Below are positions 20,559-29,211 of a stretch of 64,000 bases of DNA, in pieces. Made by a program: the position numbers and the translations under genes. The notes below the pieces were generated by a model that worked only from the letters and a program-made list of their open reading frames with translations, did not search any database and was not told where the DNA came from. The stretch spans positions 1,344,001 to 1,408,000 of the forward strand of contig CAWFKH010000003.1 in NCBI GenBank assembly GCA_963816355.1. Reading direction: 5' to 3'. Origin of the DNA: an uncultured Gemmatimonadales bacterium. GTDB taxonomy: Bacteria > Gemmatimonadota > Gemmatimonadetes > Longimicrobiales > RSA9. Position 1 is the first letter of the stretch, and the number at the start of each line of letters is the position of its first letter.

Positions 20559-22075
20559 GAAGTCCCCTTGCGCGCGGCTTCGAGTAGCTGCGCGACGACG
20601 CGCTTCTCGTCGAAGTCGCGCTTCTCGGCACCGACGACCTGGTACGTCTCGTGACCCTTGCCGGCGAGCAGGATCAGGTCCTCGGCGCCGGCGATCTCGA
20701 GCGCCTGCGCGATCGCCTCGCGCCGGTCGACGAGCCGGAAGTGCTCCGCCCCGCCCATTCCTCCCTCGATCTCGTCGATGATCGCCTCCGGATCCTCCGT
20801 GCGCGGATTGTCCGAGGTCACGATCAGGACGTCCGCGCCGCGCGCCGCGACCGCGCCCATCAGCGGCCGCTTGCCGCGGTCGCGGTCGCCGCCGGCGCCG
20901 AAGACGAGGATCAGGCGACCCTTAGTCAGCGGACGCAGCGCCGCCAACGCGCGAGCGAGCGCATCCGGCGTGTGCGAGTAGTCGCGCAACACCGGGCACG
21001 GCCGCTCCGCGATCCGCTCGAGTCGGCCGGGGACCTGGGGCGCGCTCCGCAGACCGTCGGCGATGCGGCCGGCGGCGTCGCCGAGCGCGATGCACGCCGC
21101 CGCCGCACCCACCGCGTTCGCCACGTTGAAGTCGCCGAGCAGCGGCAGCTCCGTCGGCCACGCCCACACGCCGCCCTCGGTGACGAGGTCGAAGCGCGCA
21201 CCGTACGGACCGAGCTGCAGGTGCTCCGCCCGGATGTCCGCCGTCTCGGTGCCGGAGGCGGAGAAGCCGAGCGTGCGCGGTGCCCGCTCCGGGACCTCGC
21301 TCCAGGCGACGTCGTCCACGTTGACCACGGCCGTCCCGTCGTCGCGGAGCAGGTCGAGAAGGGTCAGCTTCGCGTCACGGTACGCCTGGAACGTCCCGTG
21401 GTAGTCGAGGTGGTCGCGGCTCAGGTTCGTGAAGACCGCCACGTGGAAGCGCAGCGCCTCGACGCGGCCCTGATGCAACGCGTGAGAGGACACCTCCATC
21501 GCCACCGCCTCCACGCCCCGGTCGCGCAGCCGCCGCAGCGTGCGCGCGAGGTCCACCGGACCCGGCGTCGTGAGCGCCTCGCTCCCTTGCAGCGGCCCCT
21601 CCGGCAGCACGACGCCGAGCGTGCCGATCGAGGCAGCGCGGCGGCGGCCGGCTCCGAGCAGGTGGCGCAGCAACCACACCGTCGTCGTCTTGCCGTTCGT
21701 GCCGGTCACGCCCACCAGCGTCAGCTCGTCGGCCGGATCGCCGAAGACCGCCGCAGCGGCGATCGCCGCCGCGCGACGCCCGTTCCGCACCACCACCTGC
21801 GGCAGCGGCGCCGCCACCCGCCGCTCGACGATCGCCGCAACCGCGCCGGCGGAGGCGGATTCCGCGACGAAATCGTGCGAGTCGACGGCCGTTCCCACCC
21901 ACGCGCAGAAGAGATCGCCCGCACGCACGCGGCGACTGTCGTCGGCGATGCCGGTCAGCATCGGATCCTCCTCCGGCGCGTGCAGGAGCAGATCGTCCCG
22001 CTCGAGGCGCGCGACCACGCGGCTCAACGGAAGCTCCGCCGCCGGCTCGGCCGGCCCGCCGGCCTGACCATTCAC
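20555..22075 (-). CDS. murE: UDP-MurNAc-dipeptide--meso-DAP ligase
   Basis: TGTNGKTT, MEVSSH, FTNLSRDHLDYH, DYSHTPD, DNPR (meso-DAP specificity motif), AGKGHE. Confidence 0.96.
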   Translation of the reverse strand: MNGQAGGPAEPAAELPLSRVVARLERDDLLLHAPEEDPMLTGIADDSRRVRAGDLFCAWVGTAVDSHDFVAESASAGAVAAIVERRVAAPLPQVVVRNGRRAAAIAAAAVFGDPADELTLVGVTGTNGKTTTVWLLRHLLGAGRRRAASIGTLGVVLPEGPLQGSEALTTPGPVDLARTLRRLRDRGVEAVAMEVSSHALHQGRVEALRFHVAVFTNLSRDHLDYHGTFQAYRDAKLTLLDLLRDDGTAVVNVDDVAWSEVPERAPRTLGFSASGTETADIRAEHLQLGPYGARFDLVTEGGVWAWPTELPLLGDFNVANAVGAAAACIALGDAAGRIADGLRSAPQVPGRLERIAERPCPVLRDYSHTPDALARALAALRPLTKGRLILVFGAGGDRDRGKRPLMGAVAARGADVLIVTSDNPRTEDPEAIIDEIEGGMGGAEHFRLVDRREAIAQALEIAGAEDLILLAGKGHETYQVVGAEKRDFDEKRVVAQLLEAARKGTS

Positions 22076-24117
22076 CACCGCCCTTCCTCTCCGACCAGCG
22101 TGACGACGGCGCCGGCCGCCTCGAGCGCCCCCTCCTGCGGCGCCGCCGAACGCACCGTCCCGCTGCCGTGCACGCGCACCCGGAAGCCCTGCAGGTGGAG
22201 GCGGCGAGCGGCGTCGCGCAGCGGCAGTCCGACGACCCGCGGCACCGGCCGCGCCGCACCGTCGCCCGCCCGCGCCGCCTCCACCCCTCCGCCATGGGCG
22301 GCATCGGCGCCATCGGCGGCGTGCGCGGCATCGGCGGCGTGCGCGGCGGTGGCGAGCGTGAGCACGACCGGCTCGCCCGGCTCCTCCACCCCCTCGGCGG
22401 CGGCGGCGATCGCCGGCGCCGCGCGCGGCGGCAGCGAGGGGCCGCGCTGCGCGACGGCGGCGCGATCGAGCGGCGCGCGGCGCGACGCGAGCGCCGCCGC
22501 GAGCGTGGCGCGCATCACCGGCGCCGCGGTCGCGCCGCCGTAGTAGGATCCCTTCGGTCGATCCAGCTTCACCAGAAACACCAGTTGCGGCTCCTCCGCG
22601 GGAAAGAATCCCGCGAACGATGCGGAGTAGGCGCCCGCTTCGTAGCGGCCGCCGACGAATCGACGCGCGGTGCCCGTCTTGCCCGCGACCGCAAAATCGC
22701 CGAGCGAGGCATTGGTCCCCGTGCCGCCGGTGACGACGTCGCGCAGCGCGCTGCGCACCTGCGCCGCGACGTCGCCGGAGACGACGCGCCGCACCGCACG
22801 AGGCTCCGACCGCAGCTCCACCCGGCCGTCCCTGGAGCGCACTTCCCGGACCAGCCTCGGCTCCATCAGCACGCCGCCGTTCGCCAGGGCGCCGTAGGCG
22901 AGCGTGATCTGCAGCGGCGTGACCGAGAACTCGTAGCCGATCGCGTGGCTCGCCTGTGAATAGCGCGTCCAAGCGGCCGGCCGCCGCAACAGGCCGCCGG
23001 ACTCGGCCGGATAGTCGATCCCCGTGGGCGTGCCGAAGCCGAAGTCGCGCAGGAACCGGTACTGCTCCTCGGGATCGAGACGCGCCGACATCTTCGACAT
23101 CGCGATGTTGGAGGAGTGCTCGAGCGCGTCGTGCAGCGTGAGCCAGCCGAAGCGCTCCACGTCCTGGATCGTGCGCCCGTCGTGGACCCAGCGGCCGTTC
23201 TCCGCGAAGACCGAGTCGGTCATGCGCGCGCGGTGGTCCTGCAGCAGCGTCGCCACCAGGAACGGCTTCGCCGTGGAGCCCGGCTCGTACGGCGCCAGCG
23301 CCGCCGACCACGTCTGCGAGCCGTCCCGTCGCTCGCTCACCGCGGCGAGGATCTCGCCGGTCTCGGGATCGCAGATGATCAGGTCCGCGCCGGCCGCCTC
23401 CGTCTCGTCCATTGCGTCGCTCAACGCCTCCTCGGCGATCTCCTGCAGGTCGGCGTCGATCGTGAGGTAGACGTCGTGACCCGGGACCGGCTCGCGCACC
23501 TGCAACATCGCGCCCGGGATCGGCCGCCCGCGTGCATCGCGCCGCACCACTGTCTCGCCCGGTGCGCCACTCAGGAGCGAGTCGTATTCGAGCTCGACGC
23601 CCCCGAGGGCGCGGCCGTCCGAGGAGACCCGGCCCAGCAGCACCAGCCCGATCGGGCCGCGCGGATAGAAGCGCTCCAGCACCCGCTCGAAGTGGATGCC
23701 CCGCACGCCGTCCAGGTCGCGCCGCGCTTCCACGTCGTACAGGCCCGGGATCACGACCCAGCGCCGCCGCGCGTCCAGCGCCCGGGCGGCCTGCCGCGCC
23801 GTCAGTCCGAGCGCCTTCCGCAGGCGGCCCCTCGCCGCGCCCCGATCGCGCACCTCCTGGGGCGCGACCGCAACCCGGAACATCTCCCGACTCGCCGCGA
23901 GCGGAACGCCGTTGCGATCGTAGATCGTTCCGCGCGGCGCGGGGACCGTCAGCCGCTCCCGCTGCTGGTCGGTCGCCCGCTCCTTCCAGGTCTCCGCCTC
24001 CAGAATCTGGAGCTCCACCGCCCGACCCAACACGACCGCGGAGCCCAGCACCAGCGCCGCCAGAAGCGTTCTCCGACGACGCGCATGTTTCGGTGCGGAG
24101 CGCGACATGCCGCTCAT
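22072..24117 (-). CDS. ftsI: Class B penicillin-binding protein FtsI/PBP3 with C-terminal PASTA domain
   Basis: RGTIYDRNG, EPGSTAK (SxxK), SSN (SxN), KTGT, PASTA-like VPRVVGLPLRDA. Confidence 0.93.
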   Translation of the reverse strand: MSGMSRSAPKHARRRRTLLAALVLGSAVVLGRAVELQILEAETWKERATDQQRERLTVPAPRGTIYDRNGVPLAASREMFRVAVAPQEVRDRGAARGRLRKALGLTARQAARALDARRRWVVIPGLYDVEARRDLDGVRGIHFERVLERFYPRGPIGLVLLGRVSSDGRALGGVELEYDSLLSGAPGETVVRRDARGRPIPGAMLQVREPVPGHDVYLTIDADLQEIAEEALSDAMDETEAAGADLIICDPETGEILAAVSERRDGSQTWSAALAPYEPGSTAKPFLVATLLQDHRARMTDSVFAENGRWVHDGRTIQDVERFGWLTLHDALEHSSNIAMSKMSARLDPEEQYRFLRDFGFGTPTGIDYPAESGGLLRRPAAWTRYSQASHAIGYEFSVTPLQITLAYGALANGGVLMEPRLVREVRSRDGRVELRSEPRAVRRVVSGDVAAQVRSALRDVVTGGTGTNASLGDFAVAGKTGTARRFVGGRYEAGAYSASFAGFFPAEEPQLVFLVKLDRPKGSYYGGATAAPVMRATLAAALASRRAPLDRAAVAQRGPSLPPRAAPAIAAAAEGVEEPGEPVVLTLATAAHAADAAHAADGADAAHGGGVEAARAGDGAARPVPRVVGLPLRDAARRLHLQGFRVRVHGSGTVRSAAPQEGALEAAGAVVTLVGEEGRW

Positions 24118-24533
24118 CCTCCGACGGACGTCACCGTCCGCCGGGCATCCGCACCGCCGGGTATGGCCTCCCCGCCTTCCCCGGTATCCGTTCCGCCTCT
24201 ATCGGCGCGGGCGAGCATCCCCGCACCCTCAGCCGACCCCCGCGGGGTCAGCGGCAGGATCACGATCTCCGTGCCATCCGGCACGTGCATGCCGAGACGC
24301 TCCCGCGCCGCGGCCACCACCCTCGTGCGGCTCTCGAGCGTCTGTACCCGACGCTGCAGCTCCGCCCGCTCCGACTCCGCCATCGCCCGCTCCGCGCGCA
24401 CGCCGTCCAGTCCCCGCAGAACATCCAGCGCGCGGCTCTGCCTCCGCACGACGAAGCTCAGCGCCGCGAGCAGCACCGCGAACCCCAACGCGGCGCGCAA
24501 CGCGCCCGGAATGCCGTGCCGCGGCTTCGCCAT
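24114..24533 (-). CDS. ftsL: FtsL-like cell division protein
   Basis: TM plus coiled coil plus ARERLGMHVP; lies between rsmH and ftsI. Confidence 0.75.
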   Translation of the reverse strand: MAKPRHGIPGALRAALGFAVLLAALSFVVRRQSRALDVLRGLDGVRAERAMAESERAELQRRVQTLESRTRVVAAARERLGMHVPDGTEIVILPLTPRGSAEGAGMLARADRGGTDTGEGGEAIPGGADARRTVTSVGG

Positions 24534-25501
24534 CACGCGGCCTTCCGCCACGCCCGCAGCAGCGCGCTGCGCGAGCGCGGATTGCGCGCCACCTCCGCCG
24601 CCGTCGGCCGCACCGGCCGCCGCGTCAGCACCTCCCCCAACGTGCGACCACGGCAGCGGCATACCGGCAGCTCGGGCGGGCAGATGCACTCCCGGCTCCA
24701 CTCGCGGAACAGGTTCTTCACGATCCGATCCTCCAGCGAGTGGTACGCCAGCACGACCACCACCCCCCCGGGCTGCAGCCGCTCCTCCAGCTCCGGCAGC
24801 GCCCGCGACAGTTGCTCCAGCTCCGCGTTCACCGCGATCCGCACCGCCTGGAAGAGACGCGCGCGATCCTGCGGCTCCGTGTGTCCAAGCGTCCGGCTGA
24901 TCGACGCCATCAGGTCGTCGCTCGTCTCGTAGGGACGCTCCGCCCGCCGCCGCACGATGTCGCGCGCCAGCCGCCGCGACCGCCGCTCCTCGCCGTACTC
25001 GTAGAAGATCCGCGCGATCTCTTCCTCGGAATCCCCGTTCAGCACGTCCGCCGCTGTGCGGCCCCCGGCCGAAGGGTCCATGCGCATGTCCAGCGGCGTG
25101 CCGGGACGGAAGGAGAAGCCGCGCTGATCGCGATCGATCTGATGCGACGATACGCCCAGGTCCAGAAGCGCCCCTGCCAGCGGCGTCCCCAGCGACTCGG
25201 CGGCCTCCGCGTAGCCGCCCTCCTCGAGCGTCACGCGATCACCGTACGGTGCAAGTCGCTCCCTCGCCTTCATCAGCGCCTCCGGATCCCGATCCGCGCC
25301 CCTCAACCTGGTTTGCTCACTCGATTTCAGAATCGCTTCGGCATGCCCGCCCCCACCCACCGTCCCGTCGAAGAACAACCCGCCACGCTCCGGCTCCAGA
25401 TACCGCAGCACCTCCTCCACCATCACCGGAACGTGGTACGCTTTCCCACCCTCCCTCCCCTCGCCGCCGTCGCGTCCCTCGCCCTCCTCCGGCTCGCTCA
25501 A
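24533..25501 (-). CDS. rsmH: 16S rRNA m4C1402 methyltransferase
   Basis: HVPVM, DGTVGGGGH, DLGVSSHQ, RGFSF, LDMRM, YHSLEDR, NPRSRSA. Confidence 0.96.
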   Translation of the reverse strand: MSEPEEGEGRDGGEGREGGKAYHVPVMVEEVLRYLEPERGGLFFDGTVGGGGHAEAILKSSEQTRLRGADRDPEALMKARERLAPYGDRVTLEEGGYAEAAESLGTPLAGALLDLGVSSHQIDRDQRGFSFRPGTPLDMRMDPSAGGRTAADVLNGDSEEEIARIFYEYGEERRSRRLARDIVRRRAERPYETSDDLMASISRTLGHTEPQDRARLFQAVRIAVNAELEQLSRALPELEERLQPGGVVVVLAYHSLEDRIVKNLFREWSRECICPPELPVCRCRGRTLGEVLTRRPVRPTAAEVARNPRSRSALLRAWRKAA

Positions 25502-25926
25502 CGGAAGATCTGCGGGGCGAAACGCTCGAAATCCCCCGCCCCCGCCCGCGTCGCCTCTTCGAATCGGCGCGGGTTCCAGATCTCGACCTTGTCGATCGCC
25601 CCGACGAGCAACGCCTCACCCTCCAGCTTAGCCGCCTCCTGCAGCCGCGACGGAATCAGGATCCGGCCCTGGGCGTCCGGCGTCACCTCCACCGCGCTCG
25701 ACAGCACCGACAACACGTAGAGCCGCGCCTCCGGCTGGTGCCGCAGCAGTTCCTGCAGCCGCTCCTCGACAGCCCCCCACCCCGTCTCCGGATACAGCGC
25801 CAACGAGGGCGCGAACGCCTGTACCAGGACGAACGGCCCCTCGGGCGCCTCCTTCCGGAAGGCGGCGGGCAGGCTCACGCGACCCTTACGGTCGAGCTGA
25901 TAGGTGTAGCTTCCGAGGAACTTCAC
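25498..25926 (-). CDS. mraZ: Transcriptional regulator MraZ
   Basis: FLGSYTYQLDRKGRV and DAQGRILIP (two DxxxR motifs); GTG start at 25926. Confidence 0.94.
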   Translation of the reverse strand: MKFLGSYTYQLDRKGRVSLPAAFRKEAPEGPFVLVQAFAPSLALYPETGWGAVEERLQELLRHQPEARLYVLSVLSSAVEVTPDAQGRILIPSRLQEAAKLEGEALLVGAIDKVEIWNPRRFEEATRAGAGDFERFAPQIFR

Positions 25927-25960
25927 GCGTCTCGCGCTCTCCTCGACCCGCGGCGAGTTT

Positions 25961-26027
25961 CCCCACAATTCCCCACTATCCCCCACACGATGCCACCCAA
26001 GGTAGACCGCGCCCCACATCGCGTCAA
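25961..26027 (-). promoter_or_regulatory. dcw promoter with MraZ-binding direct repeats
   Basis: TTGACG (26027-26022)-N17-TACCTT (26004-25999); GTGGGG boxes (ccccac on +) at 25961, 25971, 25981, variant tgccac at 25991, another at 26012; 10-bp period. Confidence 0.85.
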
Positions 26028-26194
26028 GAGTCTCCTCGCGGCCGTCCGCAACCGCCCCGGTGCGGAGCCGGAGAGGGCACCATGCCAGCGTTTCCGCGCG
26101 CTCCGTCCGGCGCGGGCGGGCTCAGGCCTTGCGTGAGGGGGAGGTCGATCCGTTGGAGAGATTCCGCGCGGGCGACCTACCGAGGAAGAGGGCC

Positions 26195-27121
26195 TTGAAG
26201 ATCGCGCTGATCATGCATCCCCGTCCGGAGAGCGGACGGGTGGAGGAGTTCCAGGAGCATGTGGCGAAGCTGCGCGCGGCGGGGCACGAGGTGCGGCCAC
26301 GGCTCACCTTCGAAGGGGGGGATGCGGCTCGGTATGCCGCGGCGGCCGTGCGAGCGGGCTGCGACGTGGTGGTGGCGGCGGGGGGTGACGGGACGGTGAA
26401 CGAAGTGGTGAACGGGCTGGGGCGCGGTGGGGGCGGCGGGGGCGGGGGGGGCGGGGGCGCGGGGGCGGGTCGGCGGCGCCGCCGGCCGCGGCTGGCCGTC
26501 GTGCCGACGGGGACGGCGAACGACTTCGCGGCCGGCCTCGGTCTGCCGGAGGACGCGGGCGAGGCGCTGCGGGTGGCGGTGGAGGGGCGGGCCATGGCGG
26601 TGGACGTGGCGCGGGTGAACCGGCGCCGTTTTATCAACGCGTCCACGGGTGGCTTCGGCGCGGAGGCGACGGAGAGCACGTCGTCGGAGACGAAGCGGCT
26701 TCTGGGCGCGTGGGCGTACGTGATCACGGGCGTGAAGAAGTTCGTGGAGCTGCGTGGCGTGGAGGCGCGTTTCACGGCGGACGGCAAGCTGCTTCACGAG
26801 GGGAGCTTCATGCTCTTCGCCGTGGGGAACGGGCGTCAAACGGGAGGGGGCAGCCTGCTCACGCCGCGGGCGGAGGTCGACGACGGCTGGCTGGACGTGC
26901 TGGTGGTGCCGGAGCTGCCCCGAGTCGACTTCCTCGCGCTGCTGCCGGATCTGCGCTCGGGGACGCACCTGCAGAGTCCGGACGTCATCTACGGTCAGGC
27001 GCGGGAGCTGCGGGTCGATGCGAAGGAGGACCTCAGCGTCAACGCGGACGGCGAGCCGCTGCGGGGACGCCGCTTCCGCTATGGCGTGGAGCCGGAGCCG
27101 CTCGAGGTGATGGTGCCGTGA
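26195..27121 (+). CDS. Diacylglycerol/lipid kinase family protein (YegS-like)
   Basis: AAGGDGTVNEVVNGL, PTGTANDFA, FINAS, GNGRQTGGG, NADGE; TTG start inferred. Confidence 0.9.
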   Translation: MKIALIMHPRPESGRVEEFQEHVAKLRAAGHEVRPRLTFEGGDAARYAAAAVRAGCDVVVAAGGDGTVNEVVNGLGRGGGGGGGGGGGAGAGRRRRRPRLAVVPTGTANDFAAGLGLPEDAGEALRVAVEGRAMAVDVARVNRRRFINASTGGFGAEATESTSSETKRLLGAWAYVITGVKKFVELRGVEARFTADGKLLHEGSFMLFAVGNGRQTGGGSLLTPRAEVDDGWLDVLVVPELPRVDFLALLPDLRSGTHLQSPDVIYGQARELRVDAKEDLSVNADGEPLRGRRFRYGVEPEPLEVMVP

Positions 27122-27155
27122 GGGCGCGGTCGCCGCCCGGCGACCGCGCGCTCAC
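27118..27155. terminator. Hairpin between convergent genes (likely bidirectional terminator)
   Basis: gtgagggcgcggtcgcc-gccc-ggcgaccgcgcgctcac: 17-bp stem with one mismatch. Confidence 0.6.
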
Positions 27156-27167
27156 GTTTGCGTGGCC

Positions 27168-28919
27168 TCAGTGGCCTCGCTTGATGATGAGCTGCTGGAT
27201 GTCGATGTACTGGTCGACCACGCCGAGGATCTTCGCCAGGTCGATCGAGGAGTCGGTGCGCGCGTAAGGCTCGCCCGCCTTGAGGAGCGGCTTCGCGGCC
27301 TGGAAGAGCGGGAGCGCCTTCTTCGCGGCGGCGAGGTTCTGCGGCTTGGCGGCGTCGACGCCCAGCAGGTAGAGGGCGTAGCCGTGGAAGAAGTTGGCCA
27401 TCCCCTTCGTGCGGGGCTGGGTCGCGTAGTCGGCTGCGAGGTCGAAGTAGTTGATCGCGGCGTCGCGCGCGCCCTTCTGGAACTTGTCGCGATAGCCGGT
27501 GGCGAAGACCACCTGGGCGAGCTGATCGGAGAGGTTCGCCTTGTCCTCGGGAGTCTGCTGCGCGGCGAGGGCCTTGTCGAACACCTGGCGGGCCTGCGAG
27601 ATCTTGCCGGCCTGCACCAGCCACTGCCCCTCGAGCGCGTAGGCGTTCCTGACGGTCGGGTCGAGCTGCAGCGCCTTGCCCATGGCGTCCAGCGCACCGT
27701 TCAGATCGCCCGACTTGTTGAGCGCGATCGCGTAGGCGTACCAGATCTGCGGATCGTCCTTCTTGGTGGCGGTGATCTTCTGGCCGAGCTGCTTCGCCTC
27801 GTCCGTGCGGTCGAGCTGCACCAGCACGCTGATCATGTTGCGGAGCATCTGGCTGTCGGCCGAGTCGCCCTTCGCCGCGTAGACCTTGCGGTACGCGGCG
27901 AGCGCGGTGTTGTAGAGCTCCATCGCCTGCGGGCTCACCGCCTGCTGACCGTCGGCACCCTGGTTCTGCTCCTCCTTCGTCGCCGTGGCGAGAGCGAAGT
28001 GTCCGATGTACTCGGTCAGCGTGAGGTTGGCGGAATCGTTCGCCTCCTGTGCGATGCGGAGCGCGCCCTCGGGATCGCCGGCGTTCGCGAGGTCGTTGGC
28101 GACCGTGAGGCGGACGTCCACGTCCCCCGGATTGAGCTGGAGGTAGTCGTGGAAGTACTTCCGGGCCGCGTCGTTCCTGTTCAGCTTCGCCGCGACGACG
28201 CCGGCGGTCTTCATGGCGTCCTGGTCGGCGGGATTCAGCACCAGCACCTTGTCGAGCAGATCGAGCGCCTGCGAGAGCGAGTCCATCTGCATCAGGGCGC
28301 GCGCCTTGCCGTAGAGCGCCGTCGCCGACTTCGGATTGATCGTCAGCGCCTTGTCGCAGCTCTCCACGGCGGCGGGCCACTGGCTGCTGTTCAGGTAGTC
28401 GTAGCAGTAGGCGGTCTGGGCGAGCTGACCGACGTAGTCGTGGAAGCTCTGGAAGATCTGCTGCGCCGCCTGCTTCGCGTCCGACGACTGGAAGGGCGGC
28501 ACGTCGTAGGTCTCGCCCTTGTCCGAGCTGATGAAGCGGGCGGTGATCTGCCTGTCCGGGGTGTAGGTCCCGCACATGACGAGCTGCACGTTCATCTGGA
28601 TCGCGAGCTGGCGGCTCTTGATGCAGTCCAGGTCCTCGTCCTTGAGGCCGTACTTCTTGAGCGCCTTCTTGAGATCGTCTCTGTCGACCGGCTGGTGCGT
28701 GGCCATGTCGCCGATCAGCTTCGTCGTCTCTTTCGAGACGTCTTCGCCGAATCCCTTGTCCGCGCCGTTCGCCGGCTGCAGGTTGGCCACCAGCACCTTG
28801 TAGCGCTCCTGGGACTGCTGCCCCCCCGCCTGGGCCGCCACCGGCGCAGCGCCGATCCCGAGGGCGAGGAGCAGGAACGGCAGTGCGCGTGGCAGCCGCT
28901 GCGTGAACGATCGCTTCAT
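27168..28919 (-). CDS. Exported tetratricopeptide-repeat protein
   Basis: Signal peptide (LLLALGIGAAPVAAQ); repeated TPR helices (CDKALTINPKSATALYGKA; MGKALQLDP). Confidence 0.85.
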   Translation of the reverse strand: MKRSFTQRLPRALPFLLLALGIGAAPVAAQAGGQQSQERYKVLVANLQPANGADKGFGEDVSKETTKLIGDMATHQPVDRDDLKKALKKYGLKDEDLDCIKSRQLAIQMNVQLVMCGTYTPDRQITARFISSDKGETYDVPPFQSSDAKQAAQQIFQSFHDYVGQLAQTAYCYDYLNSSQWPAAVESCDKALTINPKSATALYGKARALMQMDSLSQALDLLDKVLVLNPADQDAMKTAGVVAAKLNRNDAARKYFHDYLQLNPGDVDVRLTVANDLANAGDPEGALRIAQEANDSANLTLTEYIGHFALATATKEEQNQGADGQQAVSPQAMELYNTALAAYRKVYAAKGDSADSQMLRNMISVLVQLDRTDEAKQLGQKITATKKDDPQIWYAYAIALNKSGDLNGALDAMGKALQLDPTVRNAYALEGQWLVQAGKISQARQVFDKALAAQQTPEDKANLSDQLAQVVFATGYRDKFQKGARDAAINYFDLAADYATQPRTKGMANFFHGYALYLLGVDAAKPQNLAAAKKALPLFQAAKPLLKAGEPYARTDSSIDLAKILGVVDQYIDIQQLIIKRGH

Positions 28920-29086
28920 GTGGGCGGTTCTCCGTGTCTTGGAGGGACTCAGCGAACGGCCGGACGGCAGCCGCTCACATCGTTCTAAACCCAGAGACAG
29001 CATAAGTTTCCACCGTCAATGCGGCCGTGCGACCGTTCATCCCCACGGGTGCGCTGGACGGCCGAGCGGAGAGCTCGGAATCAGCC

Positions 29087-29115
29087 AAGCTATGGGCGCG
29101 TTTCGGGCGTCGCAA
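29087..29115 (-). promoter_or_regulatory. Candidate sigma70 promoter for TPR gene
   Basis: TTGCGA (29115-29110)-N17-TAGCTT (29092-29087). Confidence 0.45.
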
Positions 29116-29211
29116 GCGTTTCCGCGCGCCGGTCCACGAACCGTCCAAATCGCACTTCGAGCCGTACCATGCAGGACGCGAGCCGTAGGGTCGCACCGGG
29201 ACGCGATCGGG

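Noticed and set aside
14294..23311. Apparent fusions or long N-terminal extensions of murG, murD, mraY and murE in the ORF track
   Set aside because: The extensions are open shadow frames over upstream genes; true starts overlap the preceding stop codons.
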